Shown here: piece by piece, positions 1-8,169 of the stretch
How the letters are laid out: each line of letters starts with the position of its first letter
Position numbering within the stretch: position 1 is the stretch's first letter
From: Gemmatimonadaceae bacterium
Lineage (GTDB): Bacteria > Gemmatimonadota > Gemmatimonadetes > Gemmatimonadales > Gemmatimonadaceae
Direction: 5' to 3'
Assembly (NCBI GenBank): GCA_040902005.1
Contig: JBBDYA010000043.1
Span: forward strand, 1-13,215
Length of the DNA: 13,215 nucleotides
The notes under the pieces: model-generated
Told to the model about the DNA's origin: nothing
What the model saw: the letters and a program-made list of their open reading frames with translations, nothing else
Databases searched by the model: none
Position numbers and translations under genes: made by a program

Positions 1-158
1 TCCAAGTATTGGTACTATGCTCGTGCCGGCCGGAACACCTCGCCCCGGCCCCTTGGTTTTTCAGAGCTTCCCTAGCGCGACGGGCGACCTATCGGTCGTG
101 CATCCGCTGTCACAACTTTGACACCCCGCGACATCGTCCTTCCGGAGGAACGTCCCCG

Positions 159-2780
159 ATGCGTCTTGCCCCTGCTGCCGCGCTGCTCTCACTGATTCCA
201 GTCGTGCTGGGAGCGCAGCACGCGCTCACGACTGGGGGCTCGTACGACGCCGCCGTGCCGACACCGGCCGCGGTGCTCGGGTATGAGGTCGGTTCGCGGT
301 TTACGCCGCACCACATGATCATGCGCTACGCGGAGCGCGTGGCGGCCGCCAGCCCGCGCATCACGCTCGACACCGTCGCCCGCACGTTCGAGGGGCGCGA
401 ATCGCTGCTCATCATCGCGACGAGCGCGGCCAACCACGGGCGGCTCGACCAGATCAGGGCAAACGCGCAGCGGCTTGCGGATCCGCGCGACGCGTCGGCG
501 GGGGAGCTTGCGCTCGCGTCGCGCATCCCGTCCATCGCGTGGCTTGGGTACACCGTCCATGGCGGCGAGGCGTCCGGTACCGAGGCGGCGCTGGCGCTGC
601 TCTACCAGCTCGCGGCCGGGACGGACGCGGAGACGCGCCTGATTCTCGACAGCACGATCGTCCTGATCGATCCGGTGCAGAATCCCGATGGACACGAGCG
701 GCACGTGCAGGACGTGCTCCGCATGCGGCCGATGTGCGAGGCGTGCTTCGAGCATGGCGTGCCCACCACGCCCGGGACGATGGTGCATCAGGGCAGCTGG
801 CCGGGGCCGCGCACCAGTCATTACAACTTCGACCTCAATCGCGACTGGTTCATTCATTCCCATCCGGAAACGCGGGGGCGCGTGGCGACGTTTCACGCGT
901 GGGCGCCGCATGTGGCCGTGGACCTGCACGAGATGGGTTCGTCGTCGAGCTATTTCTTCGCGCCGCCGATGGAGCCCGTGAACAAGAACGTGCACGCCAG
1001 CATCCTGAAGTGGTGGGACATTTATGCCGTCGCGAACGCCGCCGCGTTCGACCGCAACGGTTGGGCGTACTTCCGCCGCGAGGGATACGACGAGTTCTAT
1101 CCCGGCTATGGCGTGTCGTGGCCGATTCTCACCGGAGCGGTCGGCATGACGTACGAGCAGGCCTCCAGCTCGGGCGGGGCGATTCGCCGATCGGATGGCA
1201 CCGTTCTCACGCTGACGGACGCGGCGTCACATCACTATGCGGCGGCCTGGGCCACGATTCTCACCACGGCCCGTTTGCGCGACAGCCGGGTGCGGGACTA
1301 CCTGGAGTTTCGCCGGAGCGCGGTGAGCGATGGCGAGCGCGCCGCGCTCCGCGCGGTGGTGATCGAACGGGACGCGTACGGACGCGCGGACTCGCTGGCG
1401 CAGCGGTTGATCGGGAATGGCATCGAGGTGCATCGGCTGCGCGCAGATGCCGATCTGCGCGGCGCCATGGAGTACGGGGCGACGGCCCCCCGCGATGCGC
1501 GCGCGCCCGCCGGCAGTTACGTGGTGGATCTCGCGCAACCGCAGGGTCGCCTGGCGCGTGCGCTGCTGGAGCCCGACGCGCAGCTGGACTCGAGCTTCAT
1601 CCGCGGCGAGCTGGAGAGCCGGCGCACCGGACAGTCGGATCGGTTCTACGACGTGACGGCTTGGTCGCTGCCGTACCTGTACCGCGTGCGGGCGTGGGGG
1701 ACGCGCACCGCCGTGGGGTCGCTGGAGCTGGTGCGTGACATGCCGGCGGCCATGGCGGCCGCTCCGCCGCAGGCGAGATTCGCATACGCGTTCGCGCCGG
1801 GGAGTGAAACGAGTCTCCGGATGCTCGCCGGGCTGTTGCGGGACAGCGTGCGCGTCCGGCTGGCGCAGCGCGGTTTTCGTGCGGGGAACGACCGCTTTCC
1901 GCAGGGCGCGTTCATCGCGCTCGTCTCGGCGAATGACGCGCGCGTGCACGACGTGGTGCGCCGGAACGTGGCGGCCAGCGGCGCGCGTGTCGTCGCCCTC
2001 AACTCGTCGATGGTGGACGAGGGCACGGATCTGGGGAGCAACAGCGTGATGCCGCTGCGCATGCCGCGGGTTGCCATCGCCGGAGGCGGCGGTGTGAACG
2101 GCAACTCGTTCGGGTTTGCCCGATACACGATGGAGCAGCGTCTGGCGTACCCGGTCACGCCTGTGGCGGTCGCATCGCTGGCCGGATCGGTCCTCAACGA
2201 GTTCGACGTCCTGATCCTGCCGTCCGCCGGTGGAGGCCAGTTCTCGCGCGAGCTCGGTGACGCGGGGCGCGACCGGCTGGCGCAGTGGGTGCGAGCTGGC
2301 GGCGTCGTGATCACGCTCCAGGGCGCTACCGCGTGGGCCACGCAGGAGGACTCGCGGCTCTCGCGCGTTCGTGCGTGGCGCGACACGACGCGTCGCGCGG
2401 CGGACGCGGGCGCGCCGCTGCCGGCCAGCGTGCCCGGGGCGATCGCGCGGGTGTTGGCCGACACGCTGTCGCCGCTCATGACCGGTGTGCGCGACGTGGA
2501 GTTCCCGGTGCTGGTGAGCGGGAACGACGTGTACGTGACGCCGCGCGACGTGCGACCCGGCGAGGTGGTGGCGCGATTTGGCCCGGAGTCACGGTTGCGC
2601 CTGGCCGGCTATTTCTGGCCCGAATCGCCCGCGCGGATCGCGGGCTCGCCCTGGCTGTGGACGGAGAGCGTCGGGAGCGGGCGCGTCATCGCGTTCGCGG
2701 GTGATCCCAACTTCCGCGACATGTGGAGGGGGTTGCTGCCACTTTTCGCGAACGCGGTTCTGCTGGGATCGAGCTTCTAA
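159..2780 (+). CDS. Secreted M14-family zinc carboxypeptidase-like protein with C-terminal class I glutamine-amidotransferase-like domain (873 aa)
   Basis: ATG at 159 follows GGAGG (144-148) and begins a signal peptide (MRLAPAAALLSLIPVVLGAQ), so it is preferred over the ORF-track start at 9. M14 motifs: HGGE (558-569, HxxE zinc ligands), NPDG, DLNRDW, DLHE (921-932), YDEFYPGYG, and GMTYEQ (candidate catalytic Glu). The C-terminal FDVLILPS...WVRAGG...GRVIAFAGDPNFR segment is typical of this long M14-like subfamily. Confidence 0.9.
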   Translation: MRLAPAAALLSLIPVVLGAQHALTTGGSYDAAVPTPAAVLGYEVGSRFTPHHMIMRYAERVAAASPRITLDTVARTFEGRESLLIIATSAANHGRLDQIRANAQRLADPRDASAGELALASRIPSIAWLGYTVHGGEASGTEAALALLYQLAAGTDAETRLILDSTIVLIDPVQNPDGHERHVQDVLRMRPMCEACFEHGVPTTPGTMVHQGSWPGPRTSHYNFDLNRDWFIHSHPETRGRVATFHAWAPHVAVDLHEMGSSSSYFFAPPMEPVNKNVHASILKWWDIYAVANAAAFDRNGWAYFRREGYDEFYPGYGVSWPILTGAVGMTYEQASSSGGAIRRSDGTVLTLTDAASHHYAAAWATILTTARLRDSRVRDYLEFRRSAVSDGERAALRAVVIERDAYGRADSLAQRLIGNGIEVHRLRADADLRGAMEYGATAPRDARAPAGSYVVDLAQPQGRLARALLEPDAQLDSSFIRGELESRRTGQSDRFYDVTAWSLPYLYRVRAWGTRTAVGSLELVRDMPAAMAAAPPQARFAYAFAPGSETSLRMLAGLLRDSVRVRLAQRGFRAGNDRFPQGAFIALVSANDARVHDVVRRNVAASGARVVALNSSMVDEGTDLGSNSVMPLRMPRVAIAGGGGVNGNSFGFARYTMEQRLAYPVTPVAVASLAGSVLNEFDVLILPSAGGGQFSRELGDAGRDRLAQWVRAGGVVITLQGATAWATQEDSRLSRVRAWRDTTRRAADAGAPLPASVPGAIARVLADTLSPLMTGVRDVEFPVLVSGNDVYVTPRDVRPGEVVARFGPESRLRLAGYFWPESPARIAGSPWLWTESVGSGRVIAFAGDPNFRDMWRGLLPLFANAVLLGSSF

Positions 2781-2861
2781 GGCAGACCGCACCGCTCGGC
2801 CAGCAGGGCGGCGGCGCGCCGCGTATGTTGGGTAATAATCCCGCACCCGGAGTCACATCGC

Positions 2862-5033
2862 ATGCGACTGGTTCGCTCGTTTCTCGTGTTCGGCGCCCTC
2901 ACCGTCTCCGCGAGCGCCCTGGCCGGACAGCAGGGCAAGCGCGCGTTCGAGATCAGGGACTGGTACGAGCTTCATACCGTGAGCGCGCCGGCGATGTCGC
3001 CGGATGGCAGCCGCATCGCGTTCACCGTGCAGACGGTCAACGAGAAGGACAACAAGTACCATCGCGAGGTGTGGGTCGTGCCCACGTCGGGCGGCGAGCC
3101 GCGGCGGTTCACGTCGCCGGGCACGGAGAGCTCGAATCCGCGCTGGTCGCACGACGGCACCCTGCTGGTGTTCACGTCGCAGCGTCCGGGGGGCAAGGGA
3201 AGCACCTGGATGCTTCGCATGGACCAGCCGGGAGGCGAGGCGTTCCAGGACGAGAACTATCCGCGCGGCGAGTCTGTGCCCTCGAGCGGCCGGTTCGCGG
3301 TGTGGAGCGACGCGGACTCCGTGGTGCGAGACACGACACGGAAGGATCCGTATGCGCGGATGCAGCCGATGGCGCGGCCGCCATACGGCGCGATCACGAA
3401 GCCGCTCGATCCCGCGCGCTTCGATGGCCGCCACGTGTACGACATGCGGTACAAGTCCAACAACCAGGGGTTCGTGCCCGGCCCGCGCGAGGCGCGCTCC
3501 TGGCGACCCGCGCAGATCTGGGTGCAGGGCTTTGACGGAACCCCCAAACGGAAGATCACCGATACACGCTATTCGCATCGCAACGTGACCGTCTCACCGG
3601 ACGGACGGTGGGTGGCGTTCACGGCGGACGCCGCCCTGCGTCCGGACTCCGTGGTGGACCTGGAGCAGGACTCGATCGCGCGGTTGCCATATGACCGGGC
3701 GCGGGACGACGTGGACCGCAACGACATGGACATCTACGTGATCCCGATCGCGGGCGGCACGCCGCGCAAGATCGCGAGCCACTTCGGCAATGAAGGGAAT
3801 CTCAGGTGGTCGCCTGACAGCAGGCGCCTTGCCTTCGTCGCGGCCCCCGGGCGGACGAAGAGCGACCGCGTGTGGGCGGTGAATCTGTCCGGCGGCACCC
3901 CCGAGAACCTGCTCGGCGACTGGAAGTACGAACCGCAGAGCATCGAGTGGCTGGCGGACGGCGGCATTCTCATGACCGCGATGACGGGGGGGAGCAGCGG
4001 CGTCTTCCGCATCGATCTGTCCACGAAACGATTGACGCAGCTGATGTCGGGGCGGCGGCGGATGGCCGGCGTGAGCACAAATGCCCATGGGGGGGGGACG
4101 CAGATCGCGTTCGTGGCGTCGAGCGTGACTCGCCCCACGGAGCTGTATGTCGTCAACGCGAACGGCTCCGGTGAGCGGAAGCTCACGAGCTTCAACCAGC
4201 AGGTGCTCGACGAGGTGGCGTTCAGCGACGCCGAGCGCTTCCTGGTGCCGTCGGTCGGCGGGAGGCAGATCGAGAGCTGGCTGATGAAGCCCCACGGATA
4301 CGAGGCGGGCAAGAAGTACCCCGTGGTGCTGTACATCCATGGCGGCCCGCACGCGCTGTATGGGGAGAACTGGTTCGACGAGTTCCAGAACCTGGCGGCG
4401 GCGGGCATGTTCGTGCTCTATACCAATCCGCGTGGGTCGAGCGGATACGGGGCCGACTTCACGTTCGCCTCGCGGGGCCAGTGGGGCGGGGACGACTACC
4501 TCGATCTCATGAACGCGGTGGATGTGGTGGCACGGCGGCCGGACGTGGATTCCACGCGCATGGGGGTGACGGGCGGTTCGTACGGCGGTTTCATGACCGC
4601 CTGGATCACAACGAAGACCAACCGGTTCAAGGCGGCACAGGCGGACCGGATGATCAGCGACTGGCTGTACTGGTACGGTGCGTCGGATGCGCAGGGGCTG
4701 ACGGAGTTCGAGTTCTTCGGGAAGCCGTGGGACAACTGGGCAATGTACGACACGCTGTCGCCGATCCGGCACGTGCACAAGGTGCGGACGCCTACGCTGA
4801 TCGTGCAGAGCGAGGAAGACCACCGCACGCCGATGGGGAACGCGGAGATCTGGTTCATCGCGCTCAAGAAGCAGGGGGTGCCGGTGGAGTTGATCCGGTA
4901 TCCGCGATCCACGCACGAGCTGTCGCGGAGCGGGGAGCCGTGGCTACTGGTTGATCGGCTGGGGCGCCTGCGCCAATGGTTTACGTACTGGCTGAAGCAC
5001 GGCTCGGCGGCTACTGCCGCAGCCACTCAGTAA
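2862..5033 (+). CDS. Secreted S9-family serine peptidase (acylaminoacyl/dipeptidyl-aminopeptidase-like; PD40/beta-propeller + alpha/beta hydrolase), 723 aa
   Basis: GGAG RBS at 2849-2852 and a signal peptide ending ASALA. PD40-like repeats (SPDGSRIAF, WSHDG, SPDGRWVAF, WSPDSRRLAF), plus IHGGP and NPRGSSGYG. Nucleophile elbow GGSYGG (4572-4589), Asp in SEEDHRT and His in STHELSR give the Ser-Asp-His order of S9. Confidence 0.95.
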   Translation: MRLVRSFLVFGALTVSASALAGQQGKRAFEIRDWYELHTVSAPAMSPDGSRIAFTVQTVNEKDNKYHREVWVVPTSGGEPRRFTSPGTESSNPRWSHDGTLLVFTSQRPGGKGSTWMLRMDQPGGEAFQDENYPRGESVPSSGRFAVWSDADSVVRDTTRKDPYARMQPMARPPYGAITKPLDPARFDGRHVYDMRYKSNNQGFVPGPREARSWRPAQIWVQGFDGTPKRKITDTRYSHRNVTVSPDGRWVAFTADAALRPDSVVDLEQDSIARLPYDRARDDVDRNDMDIYVIPIAGGTPRKIASHFGNEGNLRWSPDSRRLAFVAAPGRTKSDRVWAVNLSGGTPENLLGDWKYEPQSIEWLADGGILMTAMTGGSSGVFRIDLSTKRLTQLMSGRRRMAGVSTNAHGGGTQIAFVASSVTRPTELYVVNANGSGERKLTSFNQQVLDEVAFSDAERFLVPSVGGRQIESWLMKPHGYEAGKKYPVVLYIHGGPHALYGENWFDEFQNLAAAGMFVLYTNPRGSSGYGADFTFASRGQWGGDDYLDLMNAVDVVARRPDVDSTRMGVTGGSYGGFMTAWITTKTNRFKAAQADRMISDWLYWYGASDAQGLTEFEFFGKPWDNWAMYDTLSPIRHVHKVRTPTLIVQSEEDHRTPMGNAEIWFIALKKQGVPVELIRYPRSTHELSRSGEPWLLVDRLGRLRQWFTYWLKHGSAATAAATQ

Positions 5034-5052
5034 GGAACGGCGGGATCTGTGA

Positions 5053-5079
5053 GCCCCGGCGAGATTCAGGCGCCGGGGC
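5053..5079. terminator. GC-rich hairpin between convergent genes; probable terminator
   Basis: GCCCCGGCG (5053-5061), 9-nt loop, CGCCGGGGC (5071-5079): a perfect 9-bp stem 19 nt after the S9 stop. There is no clear U-tract on either strand. Confidence 0.6.
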
Positions 5080-5120
5080 ATCTCTGCGCCCGCTGTAGCC
5101 CAAGGCACGCCAGTACCCTA

Positions 5121-8021
5121 TCAAAGGCTCCCGCCGCGGCTCAATCGGTGCAGGCGTTCCCGATACGCTTCGGCGAGAGCGGGCGACTTCAGTGAGTCGG
5201 CTGCTTGCGCGCGCAATGTGAGACTTTCGCGCAGAAAGAACGGATAAGGCATGGGTTCCGTCGCATCGATGAAGGTTGCTGTACGACGCGCTGCCTCAAA
5301 GTCACCTCGCGCGAACTGCAGTCGCGCGAGAAGCATGCGCTCCGGTCCCAGTGACTCCCACAGCGACCAGGTTATGCCTTGGCGCAGAGACGATGGCTTC
5401 ATGGCCTGCAGGATCGAGATTGCACCGGCGGTGTCGCCGCGCAGGGCTCGCACCTGTGCTTCGACGGAAAGCGCCAGCCGCCGGTCAAGCGGCGCTGCAC
5501 TCGAATCCGCACGCTGGCGAACCAGTGAGAAGATCTGCTCGAGCCGGACCCCATTACCGCGCCTGGCCTCGTATTGGGCAAGCAGCCAGAGAGTAAGGGT
5601 CCGTGAGGCCGTGTAGTTGGTGGCCACACTGTCTGCAAATCGTTTAGCATGCTCCTGATACGCCGATCCAGACACGGCGGCTAGGAGTTTCGGCACATGC
5701 AGGTTCGAATCCTCGATGTGCCGTGAAGCAAGCAGGCTTGTGGATCGCGACGATCTAGCGGTTGCCTCGAGCTGAGCGTGAAGAGCGACGAACGCGAAGT
5801 ACCGGCTGCCGGCGGTGCTGCTGGGGGAAGCGAGAATGGCCAGAAACCCCTCGATCGCACAATCCGCCTGCTTCGCGGCTCCAGCGAGAACCTTCGTGGC
5901 ACTTATCAGCGCCATACCGTTCGATCGGGCGCGTTCTGCCCAATCGACCGACGACGGGCCACGTCGAACGCACTGGTGCATGATCTCGCGGGCAGCGGAA
6001 TGTGTGGTGTCGGCACCTGCGACGCGTAACTCCTCGGAAAGACGTTCCGCCCGCCTGATGTCGCCGTCGCGAAGCGCAACTTCCTCGAGCAGAAGCAGCG
6101 TAGGTGCGAAACCGGGATCCCCCGCGCGCGCTCGCTCCAGCGCGGCCCTGGCAAGCGAGTCAGCCGCCCACTCGCCTGAAAGCAGTCGGAGGTACGTTTC
6201 ACCGAGAAGCGTCCAAGCCGCATGAACGCTCGAGTCGGCGAGGAGCGCGCGCCTGAGATAATGGATGGCTGAATCGGCACTGCCGCCGGCGTATGCACCC
6301 AGCGCCCGCGTCACGAGAGCCTGCGCCGGTGTGAGTTCGTCGCTATTGCGCAGCGCGGTGCGCACGAAATCTGCCGACAAGGAAAGCTCGCTCAGCCAGC
6401 TTGCGGTGTACGCTCCCCGCATCGCGGCCAGAGCGAATGCCGAGTCATCGCGCAACGCCGCGTGGTAGTGCGTCAGCGCAGTGCGAAAGCGCATTCGCCT
6501 GTAGTCACGCTCACCTTGTAGGAAATTCGCCACAGCTTCCGCATGCCGCTCCGAAAGCGAGGAGCGATCGATCTGGCCACCGGGTGCGACGAGATCCGGC
6601 AGTAGGGCCTGTACCACCTGAAGGCCAAGCTGGTGAACTGAAGCAGTAGCGATGGGCGCGGAGCGCTGCTCCACTCGAATCACAGAATCGTCGGCAACCG
6701 AAGTGAGACGGAGGGCGATCGTCACGCTGTCGGCCCTTCGAATGATCGATCCATCGATGAAGAAGGCCGCTCCGTCCCTGCGAGTGAGGGCGCGAGCCCT
6801 CCCGGCATCCATCCTGGCGCGGCTCACGCGAAGATCCGCGTCCATGAGTTCCCAGCCATCCCGCCACGTCAGGGGTCGTGTTTCGCCGAGCCGGTAGCCG
6901 ATAAAGGTCGCAATTTCTTCACCCAGCGCATCCGCAGGCGAACTCGCGTCGTGCAGCGGAAAGACGACGACCCTGTTCTGATCAAGCGCCGGATGCTGAA
7001 CGCGAACGATCATCCACGTGGCGATTGCCGCTGCAAGCGCGAGGGCTCCTCCGACGGCCCATCGTGTCCTGCGGCCGAGTCGCGCGAGCCCGAAGAGATC
7101 TGTTCTGGTGTCGAGCCCGGCTTCCAGCGCGTCAACGAAGGCGCCGGCCGTTTCAAACCGATCCGCTGGCACCTTTGACAACGCGCGTTCCACGGCGCGT
7201 TCGACACCCACTGGGATGGCCCGCCGGATGACCCGTATGGACCGGGGTGCTTCGTGGCAGTGACGCGCGACTATTGCCTGGGGAGTGGGTCCGGTGAAGG
7301 GTGGCTCCCCAGCCAGCATCTCATACACCACGCAGCCGAGAGCGTACACATCACACCGCCCATCGACGTTGCGCGCGCTACTTGCCTGCTCGGGGCTCAT
7401 GTACTCAGGCGTACCCACGACCAGACCCGAGTCGGTGAGGGTGTCTCCGCTTTCCGCTGTGATCAGCCGCGCGATACCGAAGTCGGCGACAACCGTCCTA
7501 TCCGAGCCGAGGAGAATGTTGGCCGGCTTGATATCGCGGTGAACGATGTCCCGCGAATGTGCATAGTCGAGCGCATTGGCAACCGCTCGGGCCAAATCGA
7601 TAGCCTGCCTTACCGGAAGTTGCCGCTGGCGAAGGAGACGACCCTTAAGCGTTCCGCCATCAACGAACGGGGAAGTGTAGTACAGCTGTTCGCCGGCCGT
7701 ACCAACCTCCAGCAGCGGGAGGATGTTGGGATGGTCAAGTTCGCTGGCGATTCTGATCTCGCGGCGGAACCGGGCCTCACCTACCGCCCTCGATAGCTCG
7801 GCCTTGAGAACCTTTATGGCTACGCACCGCGAAGACGCCGTTTCTGTGGCCAGAAAAACCACGGCCGTACCCCCTCGGCCCAACTCCCGCTCAACCGCGA
7901 AGGATCCATCCAACAACAATCGAATACGATCGAGGAGAGTGGCATTCTCCGCGTTGTACGGAGCCACCTGCTGATCCGAATCCGCCTGAGTCCCGGAGCG
8001 GTTTTTGTTTGGGGAGGGCAT
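5121..8021 (-). CDS. Transmembrane Hanks-type Ser/Thr protein kinase with C-terminal TolB_N/FlgO-like and TPR-like extracytoplasmic region (about 966 aa)
   Basis: Complete kinase motifs: GRGGTAVV, VAIK, HRDIKPAN, DFG, GTPEYMSPEQ, DVYALG. A single TM helix (WAVGGALALAAAIATWMIV, about 7005-7061) follows a basic patch (RLGRRTR). Next comes a VVVFPL...IDGSI alpha/beta segment and Ala/Leu-rich TPR-like helices (ALTHYHAALRDDSAFALA, AIHYLRRALLADSSVHAAWTLLGETY). ATG at 8021 has AGGAGG 3 nt upstream; the track start at 8042 is an alternative. Tandem stops TGA-TAG. Confidence 0.92.
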   Translation of the reverse strand: MPSPNKNRSGTQADSDQQVAPYNAENATLLDRIRLLLDGSFAVERELGRGGTAVVFLATETASSRCVAIKVLKAELSRAVGEARFRREIRIASELDHPNILPLLEVGTAGEQLYYTSPFVDGGTLKGRLLRQRQLPVRQAIDLARAVANALDYAHSRDIVHRDIKPANILLGSDRTVVADFGIARLITAESGDTLTDSGLVVGTPEYMSPEQASSARNVDGRCDVYALGCVVYEMLAGEPPFTGPTPQAIVARHCHEAPRSIRVIRRAIPVGVERAVERALSKVPADRFETAGAFVDALEAGLDTRTDLFGLARLGRRTRWAVGGALALAAAIATWMIVRVQHPALDQNRVVVFPLHDASSPADALGEEIATFIGYRLGETRPLTWRDGWELMDADLRVSRARMDAGRARALTRRDGAAFFIDGSIIRRADSVTIALRLTSVADDSVIRVEQRSAPIATASVHQLGLQVVQALLPDLVAPGGQIDRSSLSERHAEAVANFLQGERDYRRMRFRTALTHYHAALRDDSAFALAAMRGAYTASWLSELSLSADFVRTALRNSDELTPAQALVTRALGAYAGGSADSAIHYLRRALLADSSVHAAWTLLGETYLRLLSGEWAADSLARAALERARAGDPGFAPTLLLLEEVALRDGDIRRAERLSEELRVAGADTTHSAAREIMHQCVRRGPSSVDWAERARSNGMALISATKVLAGAAKQADCAIEGFLAILASPSSTAGSRYFAFVALHAQLEATARSSRSTSLLASRHIEDSNLHVPKLLAAVSGSAYQEHAKRFADSVATNYTASRTLTLWLLAQYEARRGNGVRLEQIFSLVRQRADSSAAPLDRRLALSVEAQVRALRGDTAGAISILQAMKPSSLRQGITWSLWESLGPERMLLARLQFARGDFEAARRTATFIDATEPMPYPFFLRESLTLRAQAADSLKSPALAEAYRERLHRLSRGGSL

Positions 8022-8086
8022 GAGCCTCCTGGCAGTAAGCAAACGACGTTGCCCACCTATATAAGGAATCCGGCAGAGACTGGATA

Positions 8087-8125
8087 GGTGAAGTGCGTCA
8101 CTCTGGCGCGGTGACGCCCGTCACC
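8087..8125. promoter_or_regulatory. Two tandem GTGA-N6-TCAC palindromes (CRP/FNR-family-like boxes) in the divergent promoter region
   Basis: GGTGA-AGTGCG-TCAC (8087-8101) and GGTGA-CGCCCG-TCACC (8110-8125; a perfect 7-bp inverted repeat), with centres 23 bp apart. A -10-like TATAGT follows immediately at 8127-8132. Confidence 0.45.
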
Positions 8126-8169
8126 ATATAGTAGACGCTGCTTTCACACCGCCCTCTCGGCAAGGGTCC

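Noticed and set aside
9..158. 50-codon N-terminal extension of the M14 ORF from the track's start at 9
   Set aside because: ATG 159 has a GGAGG RBS and begins directly with a signal peptide; the extension looks non-coding.
735..755. CEACFEH as a c-type heme-binding motif
   Set aside because: Heme c attachment needs CxxCH; here the His is three residues after the second Cys.
189..5026. Long alternative-frame and antisense ORFs (e.g. 539-1738 +, 3594-4916 -, 1646-2479 -)
   Set aside because: They fully overlap well-supported peptidase genes, are Arg/Ala/Gly-rich without motifs, and are the expected shadow ORFs of high-GC coding DNA.
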